A DNA stretch of 64,000 nt. Source: Takakia lepidozioides (Eukaryota; Plantae; Bryophyta). The stretch spans positions 12,896,001 through 12,960,000 of the forward strand of contig CM060732.1 in NCBI GenBank assembly GCA_030704615.1. Reading direction: 5' to 3'. Of the stretch, positions 1-12,089 are shown piece after piece. Below the pieces are notes generated by a model. That model made no database searches. It was given only the letters and a program-made list of their open reading frames with translations, and had not been told where the DNA came from. The position numbers and the translations under genes were made by a program. Positions within the stretch are counted from its first letter, which is position 1; each line of letters opens with the position of its first letter.

Positions 1-374
1 ATTTTGAGTGTGATAATTAGAGGCTGGCGACGAAGAAGTCAGATTTTCAGAGCCGTTGGTGTTAGCAACAGGGACAGAAACAGGCTGGATCATAGCAGGC
101 ATTGGAGAAATGAACCTGAGAATATGGGCCCTAGAGCTACAATGGTGTTACATCTCCAGTGGGAGTTATTATCCTTAGATGTGATCTGCAGCAACGGTGG
201 AAGTGACGGTGAAATCAGAGGAGACCGCAAACCATACCGTGACCAGGTTGTGGTGATCTCATTAATCTATGTGTTTCCCATGGTGCTATTTAAATTGGAG
301 CTGATCAGGGTTAGTATGGACGCCTTTGTCCATTCCTAGCAGCACACGTACTGAGAACACAAATGGGTGTTACA
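1..374 (+). mobile_element. Probable 3' end of an LTR inserted into a PPR gene
   Basis: Ends in GGGTGTTACA (365-374), a typical plant Ty3/gypsy LTR terminus, exactly where the minus-strand PPR frame (..WKGV*PD) is cut. The rest would lie upstream of the window. Confidence 0.45.
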
Positions 375-718
375 TTGTCGGGCTATACCCCTTTCCATTG
401 CATTTGTACATACATCTCAAAAGCTTCCCTACCACAACCTTGCTGGGCATATCCTACAATGACCGAGCTCCATGAGACCACATCTTGTTGATTCATATTG
501 TTGAACAGTACACGCGCTTCCTTCATGCCCCCGCATTTGGCATACACATCAGCAAGGGTATTTTTCAGATTCATATATGATGGGATTCCAGCTTTGATGA
601 TATCAGCGTGGACCTCTTTGCCCTTTTCCAAGGCACCAAGACTGGCACACGCATTGAGAACACAAATGAACGTGATCCTGTCTGGTCTCACACCTTCCCA
701 TTGCAATTTCTCATAGAT
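375..718 (-). pseudogene. PLS-class pentatricopeptide repeat (PPR) gene fragment
   Basis: IYEKLQWEGVRPDRITFICVLNACASLGALEKGKEVHADIIKAG...NTLADVYAKCGGMKEARVLFNNMNQQDVVSWSSVIVGYAQQGCGREAFEMYVQMQWKGV shows P-L-S motifs. Truncated at both ends, with a stop at 383-385. Confidence 0.9.
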
Positions 719-1197
719 GGCTGGGAACATGCCCCAAAGCGGTGAGTGTTTGATGGCAAGTGGCTGGCCATGTTGGAGGTTAGGAGAATCATACCAGTGC
801 CCTTTGGGGGGTCTGTCGAGAAATTTGCCATCGTATGGTAGTGCCATTCTAATACCAACGTTTGATATGGCTGGCCACCACGTCAAGGTGAAGCTGGAAA
901 ATGGTGGAGGGCTGTAAGAGTTCTTGATCAAAGCTATTTAGCTCTGGTTTTTTCCAGGGTTGCATTGTTGGTGCTCCTGCTTTTGTTGGGATTGGTGCGA
1001 AGGATTAAGGCTCGGCATAGCCATAGGTCTCGGCTGGAGATGACAGAATCTGCGGATAGCAGTTTGGTGGGAGCCAGGAGGCAAGAAGCTGCCAGATGGA
1101 GTGGAGGCGAAGGATCGAAGCTCGGGAGTCGGCATAGCTAGGGATCTCGGCTGGAGGAGAGCAGTATACTGGGAACCAAGAGCAAGCCTGTGGTGGT

Positions 1198-2676
1198 GTG
1201 CAGTTTTCTTCATCATTATTGTGGGACGACATGGAGGAGATGTATGGAGCTACCAAGGGGCCTCGTAGGTACTCTGGAGCTGTGGGCACAATCGAGCTGG
1301 ATGACTTTATCCAGGAGTTCGACAGCTGGTATGATTTGCAGCAGATGCGCAATCCACAACTGTTCACCCCATTCATGGCGTGGAAGGGACTGTTCCAGCA
1401 TTTGGAAGGCCCGCCTATGGACGATTACCACAAGTTCAGGCAAAGACATGAAGCAGAGATTGAGGAGTGGATGATGTATTGGTCACCTGACTACGTCTCC
1501 ATTACTCGAGGCACGACGCGACCACTAGTTGCATCAACACCAATATCTCTCACTTCCAGCACTAGTAGTGGAACAAGTAGTGCCGGTACTTCTGCAGAAG
1601 GTGCTACTACTCCTCCTGCCACGACTACAACACATGTGCCTAGATTCAGCCCGGTGGTGGAGTTCTTCCAGGAGTTGTGGAGGAACTACCAAGGCGTACG
1701 GACAGAGAAGCTGCAAAGTTTGCAAGACTTCCAGCACAAATCCAGTGAGAGCTTACGAGAGGCCTACACTCGTATGAGGCGCTTGATAAGTGTGACCCAA
1801 GGGGTTACTGAAGCTCAGGCAGTCCAGTTCTGATATGGAATTTTGGACAAGGAGCTCAGGAGAAAGGTGCGGGATGCAACCCTATTACAAGCGGCCCAAC
1901 CCACATTAGCAGATGTGTTTCTGCTGGCTGAGCGGATTGAGCTCAACATGGTGGAGGAGCGAGTTGTCACCATTGGATTTGGCAAGGACATGCCTGCACA
2001 AGGTGCAGCTGCCAGCCAACAGGCACAAGGGACTGCCCAACAGCGTGGTCAGGGGGGCAAAGTTGCCCAACCCAAATTCCATGGAGCTTACATGGGACCT
2101 CAGGTGCAGAGGCCAGTAGCTTCTTTTGCAGGCCAACAGCAACCAGAGGTGGTATGTTGGACATGTGGAGGACCCCATGTCAAGAAAGATTGCCCAGAGA
2201 GTGGCAAAGGGCCGGCACAAGCACAGCCTGCACAGTTGCAGTGTGGGCATTGTGGCAAGTATGGATATGGAGATGCCCAATGTTATGACTTGCATCCTAA
2301 GTTGCGGCAAGACCAGTTCCAAGGGAACAATGGTGGCCGAGGGCGAGGTGGAGCATCTCAGAGAAGGCAAGGTGGTCAGGCACGAGGTGCAAGACGAGGG
2401 CAAGCACAGTATGGTCAAGGACGTGGAGGTCAGGGCGTTGACCAAGGCATGGTCAACCGGCTTCAGCAGCTAGAGCAAAGGCTTGCTGCCATGGCCACAG
2501 CTCAGGTGGTACCAGCTCCAAGACCTGAGGGTCCACCTCATGTTCCTCCTCAGCAGTGTCATCATGACGGAGGAGACATGAGAGGCATGGGATTTGCAAT
2601 ACCACTAGTGCAGGTGGAGTCTGCTGCAGCCGTCACTCGAGGAGTAGCACGAGTTCCTGAGCCACGAGGTGCACCG
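1198..2676 (+). pseudogene. Retrotransposon Gag (capsid-like region plus two CCHC-type knuckles)
   Basis: LDDFIQEFDSW..., FQHKSSESLREAYTRMRRL, CWTCGGPHVKKDC, CGHCGKYGYGDAQC and an RGG-rich tail. One in-frame TGA (1831-1833) separates the same-frame ORFs 1198-1833 and 1843 onward. Confidence 0.8.
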
Positions 2677-3831
2677 TCTATCAGCAGCCTGCTGCAAATC
2701 CTTGCTCGTACCCCACAATGGAGTGTGAGCACCATGGCAGGCAACTTCGTCGTACCATGCATGTCATCCTGCTCTGCTAGAGGTGACACATCCTCTGCAT
2801 GGGCATTGCCCTCCAGCAACTCTCCAGGCCAACTAACTGCAGTTGTGAAGGCTGCTAGTGTTGGCATCTTGCCACGCTGGGCAGCAGCAAAACCCCCAAT
2901 GAATGTCACAGGGAGCTGTACACGACGACCATCCCCTGACTGCCATCCAGGCCTGTAGGATGCTGACTCCTCCCAAAAATCCAGGGTGAAGCCCATGGGA
3001 TACAACACTGCCCCACCAACGAGGACATCGTAAGAGACCGTGTCTGTCACAATGGCCTTGGCTCGCATCACTGGGCCATCTATTGGATGATCCGGCCGTA
3101 GTCTAATGGCCAACTCACGCCGTGTCATGACCCGAGCCTGCTCTGATCCTCCCAGAGATCTCTGTATCTGGAAAGGACAAGGCTCCATATCCGCCTCCAT
3201 GAGGCCTAAACCTGCAATAGCAGCTCTGCCCAACATCAATGGCTGAGCTCCCAAGTCCAACAAGACCCACAGTGGCCGGTACCTCTTGCCTGCCGGTCCA
3301 CTCAAAGAGAAAATGCCATCCTGGTTGTCTAACAAGACAACTCCAGGTGTCACCATGGCGCGCTCAAAGGCTGGCCTAGCTGGCAGCTTTGTCAACCTGA
3401 CAGCTGCAGCTTGCCATGGCGCAGCCGTGGTAGTCTTGACCCTCAAATCCGAGGATCCTTCTGCTACTATACCTTCCACTAACTCCGCAGAAGATGAAGT
3501 GACCTCCCCACTCTCACAGAGTGTTGCTGCTAGTCTGAACACTGCAGCTGGTCTTATCCTCGGCGTCGCAATCATGGTTGTCAAGAACATTGGGGCCTGA
3601 CACATAGAGGTGGCCGCCCCCAACAACACACTGGCTGCACTAGCCTTGGCAGCATGTATCAGTGTTGCACGTGTAGCTCTCCCCCAACGACACAATAACG
3701 GCCTCTGTTTCGGTATCCGTCGGGCGAGAACTAGGTGCTATGGATGTCGTCGACACTGTCTCTGCCAAGATGAATGATTGATGCAAGCTAGCCTGACGGC
3801 TTGCCTCCCCACGCTGTGGATCCAACTCCAC
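2677..3831 (-). pseudogene. Inverted gag-pol segment with retropepsin-like aspartic protease
   Basis: Active-site-like VLLDLGAQ and C-terminal YDVLVGGAVL motifs. Re-inverting the segment restores the reading frame at both junctions. Confidence 0.75.
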
Positions 3832-4081
3832 CTCTAAGTAGAGGTTTTTGTACCGTCAGGAGAGGAGGAGAGTGCGGTGATTGCACCAGGACCATCTCAG
3901 TTGTCGCCATTGGACACCACAGCCAATCCAGTGCTGATCCCGCCAAACAAGTCCAGAAGGCATATGCCTTCATCCGGGCACTGTCACACAAGAGGTGATA
4001 GAGGACTTAGTACGGCTGTGGCTATTACATCTTGTAGCTATCTGGAGTTAGAGAGACCTAACCACCAGCTAGGGGGGCGAT

Positions 4082-4610
4082 TGTGGCAGACTACTTTATT
4101 GTGCATATATGTGTGGTGTGGTTTGGACAACGATGTAGTTGTGTAGCGATACATATGCGCACGACAGCTGTCAAGTTAAATAAACACAGTGTGAAACTAA
4201 CTAGAATAAATCTAGTTATTTGTATTTAACACTTGGAATTAGTTCAAGTGTTAAATCAGGTGTCAAGTTTAGCTTGACACCTGAACCATCTTATCTTCAC
4301 GAGCTCGTCAGTCGTGCGGCTCATCTCTCTCGAGTTGAGCCTGCACGACCGAGCTCCCTCGCTGCTTAGCATCTGAGTGTACTTATGGAGGGAGAGTGGG
4401 ATGTTGTGGGGTGGAGTCCCCATAGCTTGGGGTGCCCATGGCTCGACTCTTATTTTAATGAGTGATCGTATTGTATTTCATGTTTTGTGTCAACAGAGAC
4501 AGTGTGAGTTTAGTTTACATATCATTGTGGCAGACTACTTTATTGTGCATATATGTGTGGTGTGGTTTGGACAGCGATGTAGTTGTGTAGCGATACGTAT
4601 GCGCACAACA
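4082..4610 (+). repeat. LTR-like region bounded by two 85-bp direct repeats (4082-4166, 4526-4610)
   Basis: TGTGGCAGACTACTTTATTG...GCGCAC(G/A)ACA occurs twice, nearly identical, and follows the PPT. Confidence 0.7.
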
Positions 4611-4661
4611 AACATATTAATCATGTCTATGTGCGTCCAATCTATCAACGCAATTTCACTA

Positions 4662-4722
4662 CCGGGTATTGAACCTTAGACCTCAACTTCGTAACACACA
4701 TCACCTAGCCACCACACTACTA
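4662..4722 (-). other. Degenerate tRNA-derived (SINE-head-like) sequence
   Basis: Minus strand has an A-box-like TAGTGTGGTGG and a B-box-like GGTTCAATACC at tRNA-like spacing. No intact cloverleaf. Confidence 0.4.
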
Positions 4723-4902
4723 TCTACTTCTTGCCTTAGCTCCGATTTCCTAATCATTTATTCTACAAATACAGGCTCGCAAGTGAGAGGGGAGCAAGGG
4801 TTGCCGGTACGGCCATCCCCAGCAACCGTACCGGCAAGCCTCCCACGCTTGCATTCAACTCGTCGGGTACTCATCGGGTAAGCGTAGTCTGCTCCGGAAA
4901 AA

Positions 4903-6187
4903 AACGCATTTGGACTTAGATGACATTGGACACTTGGGCCAACGGCACAGGTTATCCAGACTGGAGATATATCATTAGTGATTGGATATATTACTACTCA
5001 ATAAATTCATGGAAAAAAATAAATTGGGTCTTGACATGGGAGACGTACTTGGATACATGGGAGATTGCATTTGGTTTAGATGACACTGGACACTTGGGCC
5101 TCTACATGGGAGATGCACTTGGGCTTACATGGGCCTCGACATAGGAGACACACTTGGATACATTCAAAATTGCACTTGGTCTTAGATTTCAATTCTTCAC
5201 ACATGGGCCAACGGCATAGGCTACACTAGAGATGGCTTTGTGGAAAAAAAATGATTAGACCTAGATGACTTAGATGACATTGGACACTTGGGCCAACGGT
5301 ACAGGCTACCCTAGAGGTCGCACTTGGGCCTCGACATAGGAGACACGTGGGATACATAAAAGATCTTACACTTGGGCTTATGACACTGAACACTTGGGCC
5401 AATGGCACAAGCTACCGTAGAGGTCGCATTTGGGCCTTGACATAAGAGACACACTGGGATACATAGGAAATTACACTTGGTCTTAAGTTCGATTTCAATT
5501 CTTCACACATAGGCCAAAGGCATAGGCTACCCTAGAGGTCACACTTGGGCCTCAAAATAGGAGACACGCTGGGATACATAGGAAATTGCACTTGGACATA
5601 GATGACACTGGACACTTGGGCCAACGGCACAGGCTACCCTAGTGTATCAATCAATATATGAAGCGAGGTGTTTGTTTGTTTGTTTGTTTGTTTGTTTTGT
5701 AGCGTTGAGATGTCCCAAACTGCGAGGTCCCAACGCTGGTGCTTGGTCCCGTTGGAAAGCCCTCGACGAGGAGGGGTGCACGGGCTTAGTCTCACGATTT
5801 TTGGACCTGCAGTGTGGGAGATGTGGAATTTCAAGTACTTTGGGTCGGTGGAAATTCACGAAAAATTGCAAAGTGGGCATTCCTGGACAATGGTTGGAGC
5901 CTCGACAGGAGAGATATCAAGGGAAAGGTCTCCGGTTCAAATCAGGTCGTAGGCTCTGTGGGGAAAAAAATGATTAGATATGGCTAAAGCGAATTTCAAG
6001 TACTTTTGGTCGCTGCACAATGATTGGAGCCTCGACAACAGAGATATCAAGGGAAAGGTCTCCGGTTCAAATGTGGTCGTAGGCTCTGTGGGAAAAAAAA
6101 ATGATTAGATATGGCTTGCTTCATATATTGATGCACTTGGGCTGAGATGACATTGGACACTTGGGCCAACGGCATAGGCTACCCTAG
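4903..6187 (+). mobile_element. Non-autonomous Helitron-like element array with reiterated 3' ends
   Basis: Repeated CACTTGGGCCAACGGCACAGGCTACCCTAG (imperfect hairpin followed by CTAG). CTAG|T at 5639-5643 and 6184-6188, and an A|TC start at 5647. Same family as 55341-57520. Confidence 0.65.
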
Positions 6188-8407
6188 TGATGGTCTAAGG
6201 GTACAAGGTTGCCTTGGGCGGACCTCTGTTCACAGCTACATAGATGTATATTGGATATCATCCGTAATAGCCAACCCAACTATGGAATAAATGGCGTTGG
6301 GCCAATTGGTCACCCAATATAATAATGGTACTTGGAGACTTTAGAATCTTTAAGGATTGCCTTGCTCCGGCCATTGAAAGGTGTTCATCTTAATATGTCC
6401 AAACATGTAGGATGAAATGACACCTTTATAAAATTTTACATTTATTTTTGACACAAATCAAGGTGAAGTGGCTCTTAGATACATTGGCTCCGGTTGGTGT
6501 TCTCTCTCTCTCTTTCTCTCTCTAGAATATCCATATCATATGTAGACTATGGTTGCGAAAACGTCAATGCAATGCACAAATATATTTATATTTATATTTA
6601 TATTTATAATCTTGATTGATCATTTTATATGATGTTGTTAACTCTTAGGAAACCAAATAATCATCTCTATTATATGTAATCCTTACAGTACTATGAGCAA
6701 TTCTAATAGACACACAATGCATTGAACAACAAACATTTGCAAACTTCGCAAACCTTGTAGACTGGATCATCTTACCCTATCAAGCATAAGACATAAGATT
6801 GGCGCGAGGGAAGAAGGAAACCAAGGAAGAATAGGATCTCCTCCTAACTTCACATACTCCACACACTTGTAGAACGAGATTAGACCGCTTAAGGCATTTG
6901 ATCCAAGGGCTTACTACTTGCAAATAGGCCCTCTGTAAACTACTCCACGTACAGTCAGAGAAATATAAGAAGATCTGATTTGGGTCAGTTGTCATCTAAA
7001 GGTCAATATGCACCTTTCTTTCTTTTTTCTTTTTTTTAAAGGAAACCTGGGAGCACACCTTTTCAATGTGACTCTCCATACCTTCAATCTTCATATATAT
7101 ATATATATATATATTGTTTTTTCAATCGTTGTTAAGCAACTTATATGGTTGGATATCTACCACTCATATTTTAAATCTTATCATGAAGGTACATTCTTAT
7201 TTATTGTTAATTCCATTGCATGACGTTTCATTAGTTTATAGAAATATTGTTTAGAAAATATGTAGTTAGACAAATAAGATTTCTTTTTCTACATAGTTTT
7301 AAGAAAATGTGTGTGTGTGTGTCGATACTTAAATATTGAATTAATTGATTAAAATGATATTCCTGAATCCTAACACGTGTTACACACATCTCACAATAAA
7401 ATTTAAAAAATTGATTAAGATTATGCTATAACATATAAATCATTCTAGACTTTTCTCTCCTATTTGTTTAATAGAAACAGTTTTATATACTGCTATGTAT
7501 TGTATGATATGAACTTGTGTGTTTGTTTGTACTATGCCATTTGAGAATAATGAATATCATGTCAATTAGTTTTTTCGAATTTTTTTCCAACAAAAAAATG
7601 GCAATTCATCGTTCTATTATATTATCATTTGTTTCAGTTGTCTTATTTATTAATAGTAGCAAAAGAAGAAGAAACTTGCCAGAGGAAGGAGCTCTTATTT
7701 TTTGCGGAGTCTTCTCAATCTTTCTAATCAAATAAGAAGAGAAAAAAAGACGTTGGGCTAGTGAAATCAAAGTAAATAAAAGTCACTTCTGCTAACAATG
7801 AGAGTGGGCAAGCTATATAGTTAAGCTGTTCGCTACTTTCGTTCATCAAACAATAAATTTGAGATTGGGAAATCTTACTTGATGAGATTTATTATAATTC
7901 ATATCCTTAAGATAATTTAGCATTTCGTATGTTTTAAAAGTTGGTTGAGATCATATATATGACATGTTATGAAAACATTAGTAAAACTAGTTATGATATA
8001 TTAATCAATATTATTAAAATACTAAAATATCTTTGTAATATTATACCTTTATTATATTTATATATATATAAGTAATCGCCTTATATTCTGTGTATGCACT
8101 ACAAATATATTTTGGCATAAAATGATCTACATGTTTTAATTTATCTAAATAAGTATATCGATTTAATTAATTATTCTTTCTAAATCACTAATTTTTAAGT
8201 TTTATTTTATCTTATTTCTAGCGGAAGCTAAATAATGATTGTGACTGTGTGTGCAGTTTGCGTTAAAAACCAAGTACTAATTATGACATTGAATACATAT
8301 AACATGTTTTTTTTTATTGAACACAATTCAATCCGAATTGTTAAATAAGCAGCTCCATCAACCTCCAAATAAAATAAACAAACAAAATATCACATATCAA
8401 TTGGAAA

Positions 8408-9268
8408 ATGTTAGAATGTGATATAAAACAAATCAGGAAGTTGCAAAACATTGACACGTTTAATCGTCTCCTAACCAACCAGGTCTATCCAGCTACTGTA
8501 GCTATTTTTGAGTTTGTGGAAATGAACATAGGAAGATACCTCGGAACAGGGTTTTGGTCTAATGATTGTCTCATCACAGCTGCACATATTGTATCCGAAC
8601 GAATTTCTCACCCCGATAGCAACATAGCATCAGATGATAAAATGATTGATTTTACAAGCCAGATGTATAATAATGGGTTGATCGTGTACAATAAAGACGA
8701 TGTCCGGCAACCATTCAACCAAATTGCAATCAAACCATATGTTGCTACATTAAACCCTTTGGTACATTCTCAATCTACCACTAGGATATTGCACATACAA
8801 GAAGAATGTGTCGATTTTTTTTCCGACCTAGCTATAATACCAATTGTGGTTGACGAAAATGAAAACAAGTTTTGTAATCTCCAATTGGCAGATTCTGTTG
8901 CAACCGTAGATGCAGGCATGCTCTTCGGTTTAGATGGCAATTGTTCACTTCTCATAAGCCAAGGCAAAGTGGGTGAGCCTAATCTCACATTAGGGTTTCC
9001 GCAAGAAGGTCGAGCATGGTATTTCTCAGCTAGTGCCGATATAGGCCATAGTGGATGCCCACTGATTCGTCCATGTGATGGTCGCGTTATCGGTGTATGC
9101 TTAGGAGGATTTAATGATATATATGGACCCATAACTTTTGTTTGTCCTGTGCAATATCTGCACCAGAGTTTTCAGACCATGAGATTTCGCATGATCCTAA
9201 AGGTAAAGAAAATATCAGTGCAAAAAATATTGAATATGTGTGGTCTTTCATTTTTTAAACTTAAATAG
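8408..9268 (+). CDS. Trypsin-like (PA clan) serine protease domain protein
   Basis: Intact 286-codon ORF in AT-rich DNA: GTGFW, LITAAHIV (His), DLAII (Asp), GHSGCPLI (Ser), GRVIGV. A splice donor AG|GTAAAG at ~9202 is possible. Confidence 0.75.
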   Translation: MLECDIKQIRKLQNIDTFNRLLTNQVYPATVAIFEFVEMNIGRYLGTGFWSNDCLITAAHIVSERISHPDSNIASDDKMIDFTSQMYNNGLIVYNKDDVRQPFNQIAIKPYVATLNPLVHSQSTTRILHIQEECVDFFSDLAIIPIVVDENENKFCNLQLADSVATVDAGMLFGLDGNCSLLISQGKVGEPNLTLGFPQEGRAWYFSASADIGHSGCPLIRPCDGRVIGVCLGGFNDIYGPITFVCPVQYLHQSFQTMRFRMILKVKKISVQKILNMCGLSFFKLK

Positions 9269-10279
9269 TATATTGATATATGTTGAATAGTGTACCATAT
9301 TTACATATTTGTGCCTCAGTTCATAAATTTGTTTCAACCATGTATATTTATGAATTCTAATATTTTAGATCTTTTCTTGTTTAAAGTATTCAGAGCTTCC
9401 AAGTTCATCAAACAATGTCTCGAGAATATTCAACAACAACAGATTGGGAACAACTTCAACATGACTCAGAGTTGTCAACATCACAAATATTGATAGACGG
9501 AATGATTGATTAAGATGTTCCATGATTTAATTTTAGCATTATTGATAGCATATTTAACATATTCAGTATTGCTTAGTAAATCAGCTACACATATGTCTTT
9601 TCAGATGCAATTATTTTATAGTTTGATGTGTGTACTTAAAATTAGATTTTTTCAATTAATTAATTAATGGTTTACCAATTTGAGATTAAATCAACTAAAC
9701 GGTAAAATAGATCTAATTTGTTTGTTATATTATTATTATTATTTTGACAAAAACAAATTGTAAATGTAAGTCAATGTACTAAAGAACATGGACATGTTGT
9801 TTTCACAGTGCCAAAATCTACATGAGATGTTCTTAACACTAGAATTGAATATACTTATACAAGAATGTAGTTTAGACGAAGACTTTTATCAAATGGTGTC
9901 ATTTAATCCCTAAATATGTTATTTTTCCATTTGCAAGGTGGACACCTATGAGTGACCATAACCAGGGCAACAGAGTTGCCAACCCAATGTTTTTCCAATG
10001 ACTTCAAAGTTCTTAGATATCCAAATAATTGGTGGACCCAAGTAAGTACCCATTTCTTTATAGATAGATTGGGGGTGTGTTGACCATGACAATGATCAGT
10101 GACATCCAACATACATGTTGTGCACCTAAACATCGTGCCACAACGTACATCAAATGAAACAAAATATAACGGTATAATATCCTAATTAGCTAGAAATAAC
10201 TATTTCTAGCGAACCATGACTAAAACCATGACACACACCTATGTGAATTTGAACCCACGACAACTGGAATCCACCTCCA

Positions 10280-12075
10280 CGCCGGCACCCTAGGAACCCC
10301 AGGGTGCCAAGGGGGTACCAAGGGGGTACCATTGATACCACTGCGTCGCATATAGCAGGGGTACTTATTGGATGGAAAATTATATTAGTTGGCTATGGTT
10401 GGTGGGGCTGTCATTGGTATTATTAAGTATATACAAGATGCTTGCTGTGTATTTTGACATATAAATGTGTGAATGTTTGTAATATGTTTGGGTTTGGATT
10501 TATGCATCAAGGGTAGAGGGGACATGAATAATTGAATATTATATGTATTAACATTATGGTTAGTATCCTTAGTACTCTTATTATTTTTGTTACTATTATT
10601 AGTTTCGTTTTTTGGTGTGGATGTAGAGAGAATGAATATTTCCAAGTGCTTAAGATCATGGATAGGACTTTGTTTAAAATTGTTGTATGTTGATGATATA
10701 TATGATGTATTCAATATGGCTAGATATGTGAATGATAATCTGAAGATTATGCCATACGGTTGTATGCATGAGTTTGTTTGTACATATATTGATTTGGCAT
10801 TAGGTCTTATTTTTTGTGACATAATAATGTCGAGTTTGGTTGTGTGGAGTTTTTGGTTATTTATGGTATGCTTATTGTTTGATATAGTTTTATATATTAT
10901 TGGCAATTGGGCGAGGCTTAATTTTGAAAGTGCAGATGATGTTGATATTGATGTTGGATGAAAGTATCCGAAAGTTGGTTTGGGGGGCGAATTAATAAAG
11001 TGAGTATTGGATAGAATAGTGTTCATGAGGGGGCTATTGTTTCATCAGTGAAGGGGGGCTCGTGCAGCATAAGAGCAGTTGGCCTTGCAATATGTAGGGA
11101 CATGTTGTCCAAGCAAATGTAACTGCAGGCCCTTCAAATTAGCAGAGTTCAGTATTTCGATATGAGGTTGTCATATTTGCTGGCAGTAGCAAATAGATGT
11201 GGGGGATGGACTTGGCAGGGGTTAGCAACATGTGCGGAGGTGGGTAATTTTCAGATGTGGATTAACTAAATCGACGCATATATAGTCAGAGATCATAGCG
11301 GCCCTAGAAGCATTGCATGTACAGACTAGATTGTTGATCAGTTCCAAATCATTGTATGTATATGTAAAGTTGCGTGGTGGGAGGGTGTTTTGAAGCGTAA
11401 AACCTTGCGATGTTTGAAGATGGTGTGAGCTACATCGCTCAGCTGGAGAGTATATTGGGAGCTTCAAGAGTTGTCATGGGATGGTCCCTGCCACTTAATT
11501 AGCACTTAGGTGACTACAGCTAACAACATTCAAGATGTCAATTGAAACGGCTGCTTGACGGCTTGGGGATGAAGAGGGTATGTAAGTAAGTATTGAAAAT
11601 AAGTATATACAAACTGGTTACATTGGGGGCTGGCACAAAGGAGCAGCAGTCCTATAGTAAAGCACAGCTGAGAAAGACTTAGATAGTATAGATTTTTACT
11701 TTGTACATACACTCCAAAGCTTCTGTATTGCGGGGGAGCTTTATTGCTACTCATGAGTCATCCGCTTGTGGGGGGTACCAGTAGAGTGGGTGTGCTCATA
11801 GTGTTGAGTTGTAGTTGTCGGGTTACTGGTCTGCCCTGTTGTCGGGTCCTCCGTTGCTGGGGGTTGGTATTTGAAGAGGGCCCATGAGTATGTAGAGAGA
11901 GAAGACTCCGGCCAAAGCCGACATAACTAAGAGCCACTTCGCCTTGCGGCTACTGCCCCCTTTCGGGGGTGGGCCCTATATATAATGCAGGTGTCCAGGG
12001 GACACCAGGGACCATGGGGTGGAGGATACCCAGGGTGCTCCGAAGGGGTACCCTGGGTACCCCAGGGTATGTGGG
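10280..12075 (-). mobile_element. Degenerate mobile sequence bounded by GGGGTACC-rich repeats, possibly LINE-derived
   Basis: GGGGTACC/CCCAGGG repeats at 10280-10345 and 11990-12075. Strong strand skew with broken T/N/H/I-rich minus-strand ORFs. Abuts the LINE 3' fragment. Confidence 0.3.
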
Positions 12076-12089
12076 GTGTTTGTGGGAGT

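Larger units (their letters stand above)
720..4610 (+). mobile_element. Rearranged, internally deleted LTR retrotransposon (gag-protease, PPT, 3' LTR; no RT/RNaseH/integrase)
   Basis: Gag with zinc knuckles, an inverted aspartic protease segment, and a purine tract AGGGGGG (4071-4077) followed by a TG...CA LTR-like region. Confidence 0.75.

Noticed and set aside
4845-4890. Hammerhead ribozyme (minus-strand CCGATGAG)
   Set aside because: The core deviates from CUGAUGA, and stem II with GAAA cannot be formed.
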